Shown here: piece by piece, positions 11,796-24,720 of the stretch
Layout of the letters: each line of letters begins with the position of its first letter
Position numbering within the stretch: the stretch's first letter is position 1
NCBI RefSeq assembly: GCF_000711695.1
Contig: NW_013547019.1
Location: 248,001-312,000 of the forward strand
From: Tilletiaria anomala UBC 951
Taxonomy: Eukaryota
Reading direction: 5' to 3'
DNA length: 64,000 nucleotides
Position numbers and translations under genes: made by a program
Notes under the pieces: model-generated
Told to the model about the DNA's origin: nothing
Database searches by the model: none
The model's input: the letters and a program-made list of their open reading frames with translations, nothing else

Positions 11796-14700
11796 ATGAG
11801 CGCTAGGCTCTCCGTCGCCGAGCTTAACTCGCAGCTGGCCAACTTTGTTGCATCCCTTCTCGAAGGCCTCGCCCAGCTGCGCAAGGATCATTCGCACTCG
11901 GAATTGATTTTACCGCCCGACCTGACCTTCCCCATCCTTGACACACGGATCAGTGAATGGGCCAGCAATCTGGACCTGCTCAAGGAAGAATCGGCGGAGC
12001 ATATTTTCGCAGAGAAAGCGAAGTTGTTACCTGAGCTCGCACCGGATGCGCATCAACGGGACCAAGATGAGCGAAAGAAAGCGCTTGAGCTAGTTCGTGA
12101 GGATGCTCAAGTCAAAGCTCAGAGACACAATCAGCTCGTAGAGGCTCGCACGAACGCGTTCGGTCAATTTCTGCGAGTCAAGGTGACACAGCGGCCGGGC
12201 TCGTCGCGAGCGAGCACTGTGAGCCCCTTGCCTTTGGCTTTGATAATGATACTGGCGCCAACAGCTAATCCCTTCCTTCAGTCTACGAATCTAGATGATG
12301 TGCAATTGAGAGAACTGTTTGATAGGTGCGACGTGCTACTATCCTTTGAGCTCGCAGGCCTCTGTGAAGCCGTCGCTCCGCTGACTGTAATAGAAGGAGT
12401 CATGGAGACATTACCCCTGGAGGGATGCAGTAAAATGCTTGACTATATTGACAGCCGCAAGGCACAGATCACAGTGGTACGTCCTTAAACGAAATGCGGT
12501 TTCCGCAGTGCGCATATGACCTACTCTCACCGTTCTGCAGAACTTTTCCGGTACCACATCAGGATCCGGTAGAACCAGAAAGGGTGCCAAGAGCCCGGTT
12601 CTCTTGCGCATCTGTAATGATTTAAGAAGGCGCCTCGCCAAGCCTTTCATGAGGCATACCATCCTTTCCGGCAGGATTGCGTCCCTGCTCACAGAAGTCT
12701 TTCCGCTGGGAGAAAGATCAGGGCTAAACACGAGAGGCGACTTCCACATTGACAACAAGACCATCATCAAGGATCAACATGCGGATGGAGGGGACGAAGG
12801 AGAAACCCCAGCCGAAGAGGCCGAGCAGGAGGGAGGGGCAAACAGTGCAGAGGGAAGCAAAGCCGGGGAGAAGACACTCGAAGAGCGTGCGACTTCCGAC
12901 GCAGACTTCTACATCCTTTTCTGGAGCATGCAACAATTCTTCGCCAACCCTTCTCTTATCTTCGAAGCTGATTCGGTTTTACCCCCCAACCTTCTTCCGC
13001 GTGCGGTGCATGAGCCCCACAGCCAAGTCAAAGAGGAGAAGATCCGAGATGAGAGGGAACGTGATCACGGAAGCAGGCGTCAGGGAAAGGAACCAGATGA
13101 GGATCAGGAGTACGAGAAAGGCTTGCATAGCGACGCGGGAGGATTGAAGGAGTTCAAATATGCGACCCAAAGGATCCTCGATCTGCTCATGGCAGTGAAC
13201 GAGCGCGAATTGATGCTCAACGGATCTGACACTCAGGAAGAATCACGGCAACAGAGCAATGCTAATGGAGGCGAAGCAGGGCCGGATGCTATGGACACGG
13301 ATCAAGCAGAGGAGGAAGAGGAGCCATTCTTTCCCAAATACCTCACAGGACGCGAACTTTTGGACTCGGAGGTTAGTGTCTTTGGTTGGGTGTCAATCCT
13401 CGGAGAGAGTTGGGTTGACTTTGTTACCGTCCCATCAGGTTCGCGAGCCTTCCTTCCGTCGCCAGATACTTGTCCAGTTCTTGATCCTGCTTCAGTACAT
13501 CCTCGAGTTCCGACAGGCGCGAAAAGCAAAATGGGCTGCACGATGTACCAACAAGACCTTGTTGCGCTCCTGGGTCCTCACTGAAGCCTCTGTGAGTGAT
13601 GACCCGCTTCCGACAGATGACCATGCTCGCCACTGATGCTTTCCAAACCGTACTCCTGCACTAATTCAGGCCGAATGGTGCAACAGCACGTGGAAGCAGA
13701 TACTGACGCATTTGAATCAAATACCTGGTCCGCGAGCATACGCTGTTGCAACGAAGAACACTATGCGCCGCGAGCACAATTGGGTGCGTATGCGAATGTG
13801 CGAAGGGATATTACGAGATCAACGGAGTCCGCTAAACGTCTCTTCGTCCTGCAGGCTGAATGGAAAGCTATGAATTGCCAGCCGATGGAGGTGCCTCCCA
13901 TGACCAAAAGCGAGATGCAATCATTCGAGACAGCGCTGTCGAATTTGTTCAGCAAACTACCTATCTTCCCGCAGCGCTTAGGCACCCCTGCGCTCAGTAA
14001 GCTCTGGGATAATGGTGTGCCGCCTCCACAGGCTGGCACGACTCGGAGGGAGAATGAAGACGGAGTCTATGTCCATGTCGCAACGGACGGCCTGGAGGAG
14101 CTTGAGTGGGGACCCAGAGCCAACGACTTTGACGCGTACGCGCACAAATGGCGCAAGCTGGAGACGAAATCCGACCAGCGCCGGTCCGAGATCGGCCTGC
14201 CTAAAGGTGTTGAACGGCGAGAAAACGATCTTCGCCGCAAAGTACGGAACAAGACGGCGCGGACACAACTCAACACGATGCAGAATGCAAAGATCCGCAT
14301 TCAGACGTTGCAGTTGCGCAAGTCGAAGCTGGCAGAAGAGCTGCAAAAGCTCGACCTGAGCACTTCCCAAGTGGCTGCAGCGCAACGCAACTCCAAGCAG
14401 GAGGAACTTTTGTCGCTAGAGAAAACCCTGCGCGAATTGCAGAGCGCTGTGCCCAGCGCGGATGTTCAGAAGCAGCTGCAAGAAGTGTACGCGAAAAGCA
14501 CAGTGGAGCTAAAGGAGAGCGACGCGTCGATCAAGAAGGAACGTCGAGACCTGAAGGCTGCGCCGCTCCTCGAGCAAGGTTACAGTGTCTCTTGGCGTGC
14601 GCTTCGCTTAGCCAGCCAGCAACATCTGCGTCTTCTGGGGCAAGTGCCTATGGATGATCTCGAGCTTTTATCACAGGCGATCGAGGGCAAGTTCAACCCA

Positions 14701-14994
14701 TCGAAAATCATCGAGGAAGAAATTCAGGCAGCTACACCAGTTGCACCAGAACCTGCGCCCAAGCCTACGACAGGGCCTTTTGCAAGTACGGAAGATGGAG
14801 TGGGGCAGATCGTTTTGAAGCAAGAAGGGTCCTTAGAGCCTTTTGCTTTAAGCGCTCCTACAGGACCAGTGGCAACGGTATTGAAGACCGAGCCTGTCGA
14901 TCATAACGCACTGTCAATCGGGTCAACGGATGCCGGCAGTCCTATCGTCGATGTCACAATGGGAGAGGCCAACCCCGCCACATCAGGGTCGTAG
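11796..14994 (+). CDS. THOC1: THO complex subunit 1 (Hpr1/THOC1), multi-exon
   Basis: LRICNDLRRRL, VFPLGERSGLN, FYILFWSMQQFFANP, FFPKYLT, FRRQILVQFLI, WRALRLAS. Confidence 0.9.
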
Positions 14995-15052
14995 CACTGA
15001 TCGCTTAGTATTACTTGGTGCGGAACCACGTAAAGCCGAATGTATGTGATGT

Positions 15053-15910
15053 CTAAGCTACACCAAGTGTTTTTGCTTTCGTCCAATTAGCGTCTACTCG
15101 ATCTAATAACGCCTGCACTTCCTTGACTGCTGCCTTGCGAGCAGCGCGCGTCATGTCGCTGTTGACCTGGACACCGTCCAACGTCAAGAGCGACCTGAGC
15201 AGAAGCTCTGACAATTTGCGATGCTCAAAGGCTAGTTGAGGTGGCGTAAGCACGCCAGCTGGCGTGCCATTCTGTGTTGGTGGGTGCACTGCCTGCTCCG
15301 AAGGGGCCGATGCAGCGTTCCCGAGCGCGAGCGTCGACCTCTCGAACTGCTCGACCTCTGGCAGGAGATCTGTGCGAACCCCTTGGACAGTATCTTGAAT
15401 CCGCTTCAACAGTCCACCTTCGCTAAGATCTTCCTCATTCTGCTTTCGTGATCTCGCAGCTTGGTCCTGCGCCTCCCTGGCTCCGGCATGGGATGAACTC
15501 TGCTTTTGTCCAGGTGTGTCGCCTTGTAATGGAACCCCGCCTTTCGTCCCTATTAACATGACCCGGGAACCGTCCCGCAAGCCAAAGCGTTCCAGTGTCG
15601 CGCGATCATCCTTCATAATCATCCCGCAGTAGACGAGCTTGATTTGCTCGTAGGGGATAGAAGTGATTGCGGAAATTTCTGTCTTGAGATCGGCTAGCTT
15701 GGGGGACGCCGAGCGTGGTAGGACGACTTGCAGCCTGCATCGGGAAATTGATATCAGCACTTTGGCAGACCTGGTTGAATGCGAGCCTATCGGCGTTTGT
15801 ATGTACCTATCCCTGTCCCAGGCCACTTCGATCCGTCGGATTGGTTTTGAGGCGGATGCCATGCTGTCGTCGCCGGCCCACTTTGACCATTGATTTGAGA
15901 ACCAGGACAT
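15053..15910 (-). CDS. BAG-family Hsp70 co-chaperone (ubiquitin-like plus BAG domain); probable intron 15735-15806
   Basis: UBL: LKTEISAITSIPYEQIKLVYCGMIMKDD...GLRDGSRVMLIG; BAG: ELLLRSLLTLDGV...RAARKAAVKEVQALLDRVD. Confidence 0.9.
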   Translation of the reverse strand: MSWFSNQWSKWAGDDSMASASKPIRRIEVAWDRDRYIQTPIGSHSTRSAKVLISISRCRLQVVLPRSASPKLADLKTEISAITSIPYEQIKLVYCGMIMKDDRATLERFGLRDGSRVMLIGTKGGVPLQGDTPGQKQSSSHAGAREAQDQAARSRKQNEEDLSEGGLLKRIQDTVQGVRTDLLPEVEQFERSTLALGNAASAPSEQAVHPPTQNGTPAGVLTPPQLAFEHRKLSELLLRSLLTLDGVQVNSDMTRAARKAAVKEVQALLDRVDANWTKAKTLGVA

Positions 15911-16592
15911 ATCGGATCAGCGGTGTTTGGATGTCTCCGCCAGCCACACCGTATTACTGGGCTCGCTGTGTTTTCGTTGCCGCCTTGCTCAGAACGAATA
16001 GCGTAACATGGGGAGAAGACAGGGTGGCGCAGAATGAGAACGTGGGACAATGTTATGTGCGGCGACAATGGGGACATCTCACAACTCTTTGCAAGGAACC
16101 GCGTCGCGGTTCCACCTTTGGCCCTCCCGTCTCCGTATATGTATTCTCTTCAATCAATATTCGAACATCGACGTCGAATGAAACCGAGTGGCAAATTGTT
16201 TGTTACCTCTGAACGGATGCGCTCATGCAAGCCACTGAGCAACAAAGATCCTTGACGGACTGACGCGTGCTGAATTGGAATGCAAGTGCTTTGATGGCGG
16301 CAGGCCGGCAGCTCTATGTACCAATCTCAGCCGACAAGCATGGACGGGACTGCTCCGTAGTCGCAATCAGCTCGGCAGCAGAAGATCATTCACTATTCAC
16401 TCTTCTTGCTGAACGACGTCGTGCATGCTTCAAGCATGAACTTCGCTCCACCTCGCTCACTGGAAGCCCCTCGGCAATCCGCTATTGATGTTAGATGAGA
16501 AGTACAGAGGTGTTTGCAATATCTGAGCTCCGCCCTCCATTGATCCGCCCGCGACTTCTCCGGCTGAAGGCCTCAACGCTTTCCGGCATAGC

Positions 16593-18532
16593 CTAAGGCG
16601 CCAGCCTTGCGATACCAATCATGTTATCTCGAGCATTGGTCGCAAAGTAGACGTTCTTGAGGAAGGCGGCACCAACAAGCCATTCATTCGGGTCGCCAAC
16701 GATACCGGCAGAGATTGCACTGACGCAATCACCCTTCCGGTTGTTCTGGTCGACAGGCAAGAAGGTCATGTCGCGTGGATCGATGCCGAATGTCTGACCT
16801 TGGAACTTGAAAGCAAACACGCCCGTCGTTGTGCAAGGAATCGTGTAGCCGCCTTGCCCATCTGCATGCGAGCCGGGAATGGCAGCATGAACGGCGTCCG
16901 CGTCAGCTTGAGGTGCGACAATCAAGCTGGTGCCCGTGTCCAAGATGGCTGTTCTGCCTGTCAACCCAAGGTCTCGTCCAGCATAAGAGACACCCGTTAC
17001 GGCAGCCTCCCAGAAACCTTTGGTTGAGACGTTGGGGATCTCCAGCAACGTTCCTTGATACTTTTGCGCGTCCACTGCACCGAATGTCACCTCTCCGCTG
17101 TTGGTGCCGTCAGCTACGCGCCCAAGGTGGTAACCCATGACGGGCGCTGTGACAAGGCCTGCCTGGTACAGGGCATCGATCGGGGTGGGCGTGTTGGAAT
17201 TGCTCAGCTCAGTCTTCGCCAGGCCCATAAGCCCATCAAAAGGGACGGATGGGTCACTGAAGTCGGTCGTTTCTTGCGTTGCAAGACCCAAGGTGTGATT
17301 TTGCAGCGTCATGCCAGCAACATTGATGTTGTCCGAACCGAGTGCGCCCCGGACAGCGCCAGTTCCATACGTGATGGAGAAGCTGGAGCCAGCGAGGTGT
17401 TGAAACGACGTAGAGACTTCCGTGCCAAGCTTCTGATGATCGTTTCCACATTGCTGACAGGCCGTGCTTGCGACCCAAGTATCGGCCGATCCCGAGTCGA
17501 TCAGCATGCGAAAGGGTGTTTGCGCACTGCCGATGCGGATGGTTGCAACGTAGCCAACGTCATTCGCTTCGATATTGAGCCCCAAGCTGCCTTGGGAAAC
17601 AGGCGGTGAAGCGGACTGCAATCCACCGCTGATCGCTGCAGCCAGATCCGCTTTCGGATAACCTCCACTCGCGTAGGATGCGGGGGCTTGCTTGTTTTGC
17701 GGCTGCCCAATCACGGTGCTATTGTCGGCCATTGGCATCACCGCGCTGGAAGGCTGCAAGGGTGGAAGTGCCGTTTGACTAGGCTGACCAGCACCGCTCG
17801 AAGAACCGCCACTCAATAGACCGTCGAGCAGACCTCCGAACAAGCGCTTGGCCATGCTTGCGGTGGCGGCATTTGTGGAAGGGTCTTTCATGACGATTCC
17901 GACGCGCCCATGCTTGAACAAGAGCTTGCGCTTTGACAATCTGACAGGTCCCTCTCGGACCACCTCTTCATTTGCAGTCTGCATTTGTGAAAGCAGACGT
18001 TTCTGCGGCTCATCGAGCGTATTATCTGCTGAAAGCCGTGTGGGGGACATTGCGCCTGCCTGCTGGTTCTGCAGGCTCCGACGCCGTAAGGCTGCACCCT
18101 CGACCGCGTCGAGCCTACCAGCGCCTTCAGGTAAGCCATTTCTCTTGGCAAGTCTTGCGTTGGCTTTGTTGACATGATGTTGGAACGCCTGGACGTGAGC
18201 AATTGGAACGACTCGTCAGCTGGCCGCACGCTTGCACCTTCTTCCTAGCTTCGACGTACCAGCAGCGCGTCTGTGCCCTCTGGAAGGTCCATGCGCTTTA
18301 AAGGGACTTTGTTGCTGCCGCTAGTGTCGGGAAAAGATGTGTTGGCCTGTTGGAGGACGATTCCGATCCTAGGGTTGGTGAACCTCTTGTTCAGCTGCTT
18401 TAGATCATGCTGCTGATGAATCTGGACCGCTCGAGTTGGCAATGCTGAAACTCCACTAGGCGGCGTACCGTCTATCAAGCTAGCCGCTATGGCCAGCCAT
18501 ACCAAGCCGACCAGCCTGGTGTAGACTAGCAT
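16593..18532 (-). CDS. Secreted pepsin-family (A1) aspartic protease with a long propeptide; one intron near 18190-18260
   Basis: Signal peptide MLVYTRLVGLVWLAIAA; motifs LIDSGSADTWV, ITYGTG, FDGLMGLA, AILDTGTSLI, WLVGAAFLKNVY; several KR sites in the propeptide. Confidence 0.93.
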
Positions 18533-20817
18533 GGCAGCGCGCAAGACTGTTGATGGAGCTCACTCTGTACGGGGAGAGCAAGCGTCACTGCTGGCGTTCT
18601 TCGTGTGTGTCCAGCCTGAAGACCGTAACAAAAAAGCCCCCGTGCCGGTGGTCCGTGGCCGTGAGGCAGGAAATGTCCCCGGTATAGCTTGTTGCTGATT
18701 CCGTGTGCACACAATTCGACAGCTACACAGAGCAGTCGAGTAGGCAGGCTGTTGGACGGAGCTGAAATGGTCGATCGGTGTCGAGATTATACCGAGCGTC
18801 GCGTCGGGATCACTTGAAAGATTTGCCTGGACAGGACGATCTCTTGCTTGTTGGCGCCACGGAGCTGGAAGGACCAAAAGGATAGGGAAAGGGGAAAAGG
18901 AGCTGATGAAGGAGGCGAGCAATCAGTGGGACGCAAATGCGGACGTGTCCTTTCACCTCCGGTGCATTACTCACTACCTGCTCCAGAATAGAAATGAGTG
19001 ACAAGAAACAGAAGGAGAGAAGAGTGAAATAAGGAGAGAAACAACCTGATAGTCTAGCTATCAAGGTCTTTGGGGAACACCAGGCAGCCAAGGGAGAACC
19101 AAGAAGAGGGAGCGAGGTCAAGGAATGGTAAAAGTTACTTTATTCAAGATGATTTGCAAAGGGGAAGAGAGAGGGAGACTGAGGGGGGGATGCGTCAACC
19201 AGAAGGGATTGTCCATTGTGGCCTTGCCCATTGCAGCGAATACTTTGCCGGGCTGCTCGATTCAAGGGCGATTGACATTTGACGTCGAGGCAACTCCCCA
19301 TTAACGAGGCTTTGGGAAGAAGACTGATGACACTGCCGCGTAAGCAAGTGAGTAAGCAGAGCCGCCGCGTATGACGGCAGGAGCTCGTTTGCGCCGAGTA
19401 AAAAAGAGTCACGATGCCGCATGACGGCCACCCCCCTTGCCTTCCAAAGGAAATGAGAGCGAGACAGGTCCAGACAGTAACCCTGTGCCATTTCAACGTG
19501 CACCATCGTAGTCCCTCATCGGCTGTCGCCCGAAGCCCGAGCTGAACGCCCGACAGTTACCCCGCGATACTTTGCGAGCCGTATGTGTAGACTGCACTTT
19601 GGCTGCAGTTTAGCGCTCAAGACCTGCGATACAGCCTGCAGTCCGGCGAATACGAATCCTGCCGTGAGATGCACTCCGACAAGGAACACGCCGAAGCTGT
19701 GAGCGGGGTCCGAAGTGGTAGAAGCTAGTAGGGGGGTGCGAGGTCATGGTTTTCCGCGACCGTGTAAGTGTGGGGCAGTTTGGTAGAAGTCAATTGGAGA
19801 TGCATGGCCCACATGTGTGCTCTTGTGCAGCAAGGATGAGCATCATGACGATAACCGCCAACGGTCGAGGCCAACAACATCCACTCCGCGACGTTTTGGC
19901 TTTTTGTTGTGCAGACTGCGGTGGGAGAGCTGGGAGCGCCAGCGCAGGGCACTGCCTGTCGCCGACCAGACTCTGTCAGAGTCACACGAGCGTCTATGCG
20001 CCTTATACCATGTATCCATATATGCACACATTGGTCTTTTTGCCGTATCCGCTTATCTGTTATGTATCTGCGAGCAACGCCGGTCTAGGCAGAGCGTGGC
20101 TGGATTCGTTCGATGGGCGGAACATTGGAAGGAAAGAGTACATGATCGATATTCGACGGACTTTGGGCCATGGCCTGTAACTCTGGAGAGATTATACAAT
20201 TCGTCAGGTCCTCACAACATACACCAACCTGTCAAAGGCGAACCAGGTCCTAGGGCTGGGCGTGCCTCGCCCAGCCCGCGCGCTGTGCCGCCTGCCCGCT
20301 GTGTGGAAAAGTCACCCGTGAGTCCGTGATTTGAAGCATGTCACCGTAGGTCTCCACATACACCAAATTTGCGTGGTTCATGATCGGCACACAGGTGCGT
20401 GCTGCCGTAGACCTCCTGCATTCCTGCGTGACAGGAATAGCACGAGCGGAACAGATGCATTCAGGCGGATGTTCTGGTGCTGAGGAAGCCGAGTCCTCGC
20501 TAACTAAAGGGGCTTGATGAAGAACTGTTGCTTTCCGTCGCCGCGGCCGAGAAGCGCGGGTGTCTTTCGCGCTGGGAAGTGTCGCGTCGTGCCTTCGGTG
20601 GCACTGAGAAGTGTCACGTGCCAGCGTGCGCCTTTTGACCTGTGCGCAGCTGAGAGCGAGAGAGACCTCACAGATGCGAGAGAGAGCTCGACCCAAAATC
20701 GCGAAACGATGAACATGATCTTCTCACTGTTCTCGAAGCAAGGCCATTTGACTTTCGGTACTTGTGCTCGTGTTTGACATCAGTTACTTGACTCGGACGC
20801 ACCGAAAAGCCATCAAG

Positions 20818-21758
20818 ATGGAGGCAGTCGCAGATCAGGTAAGCCGCCCTTCATCCTTCGGCCCGCCGCCGCTGCCGCCAGCTCCCGCTGCGGTCGCTCG
20901 AAGGGCTTGCTTCTGGAAGAAAGACTTGGCGCGGTTGCAGCTCTTAACCATTGTTTCTCTTGCTCTCTGCCACCATGTCTTCGCCCTGGCATAGTTTGTC
21001 AAATTCTACTATTCCCAATTCGACAGCGCAAGAGACCAGCTTGCGAGTCTTTACGTAAGTGACGCAGAGAAGCAAATGCGCAATCGTAGTGCATCTGACA
21101 CCGACTTCGCCTATCATCGATGTCTTTCGCTGTGGTGATTCTCTCCGCATCCACAATTTTCCTTCGCTCACATGCACACTGATGCTCAATCTACCAGCGG
21201 GATCATTCGATGCTCACCTTCGAGGGCAGTCAAACGCAAGGTGCTGCAGCGATCACCGAGAAGCTCAAGGTAGGTACAAATGTTTATACCATCGCTCTCA
21301 CGACCTTGGCGCATACAGCGACAGTCCGCATGCCGGGAACTCTTCTGACCCACCATGCTCGCACTTTTCTTTACTCACATGCCTTCCGGGCTTGCAGTCA
21401 TTGCCATTCCAGCAGGTGAAGCACCAGGTTGACACGAAAGATGTTCAGCCGACAGGTGCAGACGGCACCTCCCTTGTTGTGCAAGTGACCGGCAAGCTAT
21501 TGGTGGGTGCATGATTTTCGGGTGATCTCTGCAAAACATACTTTAACGCCAGAACCTGGATTTCGCTGCGTCTATCAGGTCGACGACTCCCCAGCGCCAC
21601 TTCAATTCACGCAAACCTTCACCCTGAACCCAGAGGGCGGCTCGTTCTACGTGTTCAATGATATCTTTAGGTAAGTGATGAAAGCCATTCCTCGGAGCCT
21701 GTCTTACCGGAATTGACGCATGATCACTTCTGCTCACTGCAGACTCGTGTACGGCTAG
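20818..21758 (+). CDS. NTF2: Nuclear transport factor 2, 6 coding exons
   Basis: Spliced: MEAVADQ|FVKFYYSQFD...LASLY|..MLTFEGSQTQGAAAITEKL|SLPFQQVKHQVDTKDVQP...|FTQTFTL..EGGSFYVFNDIFR|LVYG*. Confidence 0.95.
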
Positions 21759-22543
21759 AGCTTTGCAGTGTGGAATCGATCCTGAAGCATTGTTCCCCTT
21801 TGTTCATGCAGCTGCATTTTGCTGGCCCAAGCGGTTTGCGAAGGAGAATGCCAGGACCCGCGAAGGCGGAGCCAAACTGAAGGCAACTTGTGAGGCCCCT
21901 TGATTCTTGGGTACTTTTTGCTGTTTGTTTGCGCTAGCTTTGGGGTCGGTAGAAGATGGGAGTGAGACGTTGCAAGTGCCCTGTTCGAAGAAGTGTAGAA
22001 TGGGTCTTGCCTGGCTTGCCTTTGCCTTCAGGAAGGATTCATAGTGGTACTGTCCCTTGGTCACGGTGATCGTATTCCCCCGCAAGATGGAAACGGACAC
22101 GTAGTTGTCCGTCACATCCCTGAACTTTACCGGCTCGCAGATTAGCAGAATTACAGGTCATCCACGAGGGTATTCGACAACCTCAGCCTGGAAAATTCGC
22201 ATCAACCCAAGAAGAATGATCGCTTTGAAACATGTCCGGGATCGACACTGTACTGCTTTTCCCGTCGTCTGTCTCAGGGAAGGGTTCAAGACTTGTATGA
22301 CACGCGTTATGCGAGCGTGGGCCCCGGGGGGAGGGGGTTGTTTCTAAAGGGCTCAACTACCTGAACTACGGTCACATGACCCATTCCACAATCTCGCTTG
22401 TCGGAACCCAAAACGACCCGCAGTTGCCGGAGCCTATGTCGTCGAATTTTGAAGTACAAGATAGGGTGGCAGGAAAATACGTCTTGCGCTTGTCAACCTG
22501 CCAGTCTGTCTAAGCTCTTCCACCTCAGGCGTGCATTGACCAT

Positions 22544-23507
22544 TCAGCTCCGTGGTGTGGCACCGGTGGAAGAGAAAGCAGTGATAAATGCACCTTTCCC
22601 ACCCTGTGCCGCTGCATCCGCAATGGAGAGTCCGACGGCAAAGTGTGCGAGTCTCGCGTCTACGCTGTAGCCTTTGCGTTGCATTTCTGTACGAGAAGGA
22701 GGCGGGTAAGCAGCGCATTTCGGGGGTTTGCCACTTAGAGACAGTCGCGGAGGGTTACGTACCTTGTAAGGTCAAATAGAGTCCTTTGAGCGGTACAAGA
22801 TGTTTTTCGATGAATTCTCCCTCCTCGGGCTGCGCGACCGGCTCTGGCGCATCGTCCGCAACTTCGATCTTGACGACGCATAGGCGCATATTGGCGCCGC
22901 TCATGCCAGGGTCGTTTGCCATGATGTCGGACGTCTCCAGTACGTTCAGCTCTCCTCGCCCATCGCTGCCATCACCGCTGCTCGGGCCTCCGTAGCCAGT
23001 CTCTTCCTGCAGCTCACGCAGCGCAGCGCGCGTCGAGCCCTCCTTTCCCTCCTCGCCCTGGTCGACCAAGCCGGCTGGCATCTCGACGACCCAGCCATCG
23101 ACAGGGGGGCGATACTGCGAGACGAGCAGAATGTGCGGCTCCGACGACGGACGCTCGATGATAGTGCAGATCGCAACGGCGTCCACCTCCCCCTTGCGCG
23201 TCTTGCGGTCGGCCGCTTCCCACGTCCGCTCCTTGCCTGCTGGGTCGATCCACTTGATGGCTTGCAGGCCAACCCACTTTGTCTGGTCGTCGCTTACGGG
23301 CTCTCTAGAGCGTATGCTGGCGGTGTATCTGATCGACATGGTGCCGCTGAGCTTGGTGGGCACGCTTGCGTGGCGGCTCGGGTTGCTGGAGCAAACGCAG
23401 AAGCGACGTGAGGGTAGCAGGTGCGCAAAGGCCAGTGGCGTGGGCGGAGCCGTTGCTAGCTTGTGTCGTAGGGCGGTGGCTGCTCTAGGGATGCCGCGTG
23501 TTAACAT
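22544..23507 (-). CDS. Nudix hydrolase, ADP-ribose pyrophosphatase (Ysa1/NUDT5-like), with a possible mitochondrial presequence
   Basis: QYRPPVDGWVVEMPAGLVD...AALRELQEETGY Nudix box, DPGMSGAN, EEGEFIE; last exon GYSVDARLAHFAVGL. Confidence 0.9.
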
Positions 23508-24720
23508 CCTTTATGAAGAGCCCAGGAGGGTAAGAGAGAAGGTTGCTGAAGTTACAGTAAGCAAAGTCCCGTCCTCATTCACCCTCGTGTCCCGCGAACA
23601 TCCATACTCCCACTTGCATGACGGTGATGGCGGCAACAATCAAATCCAATATAGTGACGATCAGTCATGTTTCGAGCCTGGACCTTTTTTGTATTCTCTC
23701 AACTCTCAATGGTCCGTGCGTGGAATACAGAGGACAAATCGATGGAGGAAAGAATAGGGTTACAAGCACCATGCGCCGGCTCAGGCCCCAGGTAACTTTC
23801 GTTTTGATAATTCGTACTGCCTCTCATGTATCCACATGTAATTCGTCACGCAGGCAGTTTCCGAGTCGCCAAGGCTCGAGGGCATCGATGGGGGTGCCCA
23901 CGTGATCCCCCCCCACGGAAGTGACAGCAGACTGCAGCCATGCGCGATTGCTCAAATGAATGTGGCAAGCGGCCACTCCATTGATCACTCCCATTCAACA
24001 CAAGGCTGTCAGATGCGGCCTCCAAAAAGTGTGCTAGCTGCTCATTTTAACTCGATCTTCGCATTCAGATAGCCTTTTCGACACTCTACATTCGAGCGTG
24101 GCGGGCTAGTGGCGCCACAAGCATCACTACATACTACTTACGTATTATCCTTTATATTACGGTGCAGCGGGCAGCTAGCCAGCCAAGCTTGTAGCTTGCA
24201 CGCCAAAAATCCACGTTGCCGTCATACATCACGTGGGGAAACGTATCATGCCATGTCCTGTTCATGCGGACACATTTCCTGCGTCCTCGGCCGGCGGCCG
24301 TCAGTCTGCTGATGGGAATATGAGATGGGGTGCTGCAATTGTTGATAACTCGCGTCGCGCTCTGCTTGCTGCCTTGCCTCCTGCCCTAAAGGGTCTCTCT
24401 GTTTGGCATGCACATGCACCGTCTGCCAGATGTGCATCATTTGCCATCTGCATTTATGCTTGCCGCCCTCGAGCTGTTGACATGTGACCCTCTGAAACAT
24501 CTGTAGGGCCTGAATCACCGACCACGTTGCCAGCTTGTGTGATTACATTCATAGGCGGAGCACGCGAAGTTAGGTCTTTCGATAATCGACCAAATGATAC
24601 GTCGTGATCTTCCCCCTCTCTTGTGTTAGGCCATATAAGCATTTCTTTCAAAGTCATCGCATTATGATACTCCAGTACGTCCTGCCACATCCGCATACTC
24701 CTTTCCTCCACCCCTCCATC

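Noticed and set aside
18550..20750. Short ORFs in the 2.2-kb protease-NTF2 intergenic region
   Set aside because: No consistent frame, codon bias or recognisable motif
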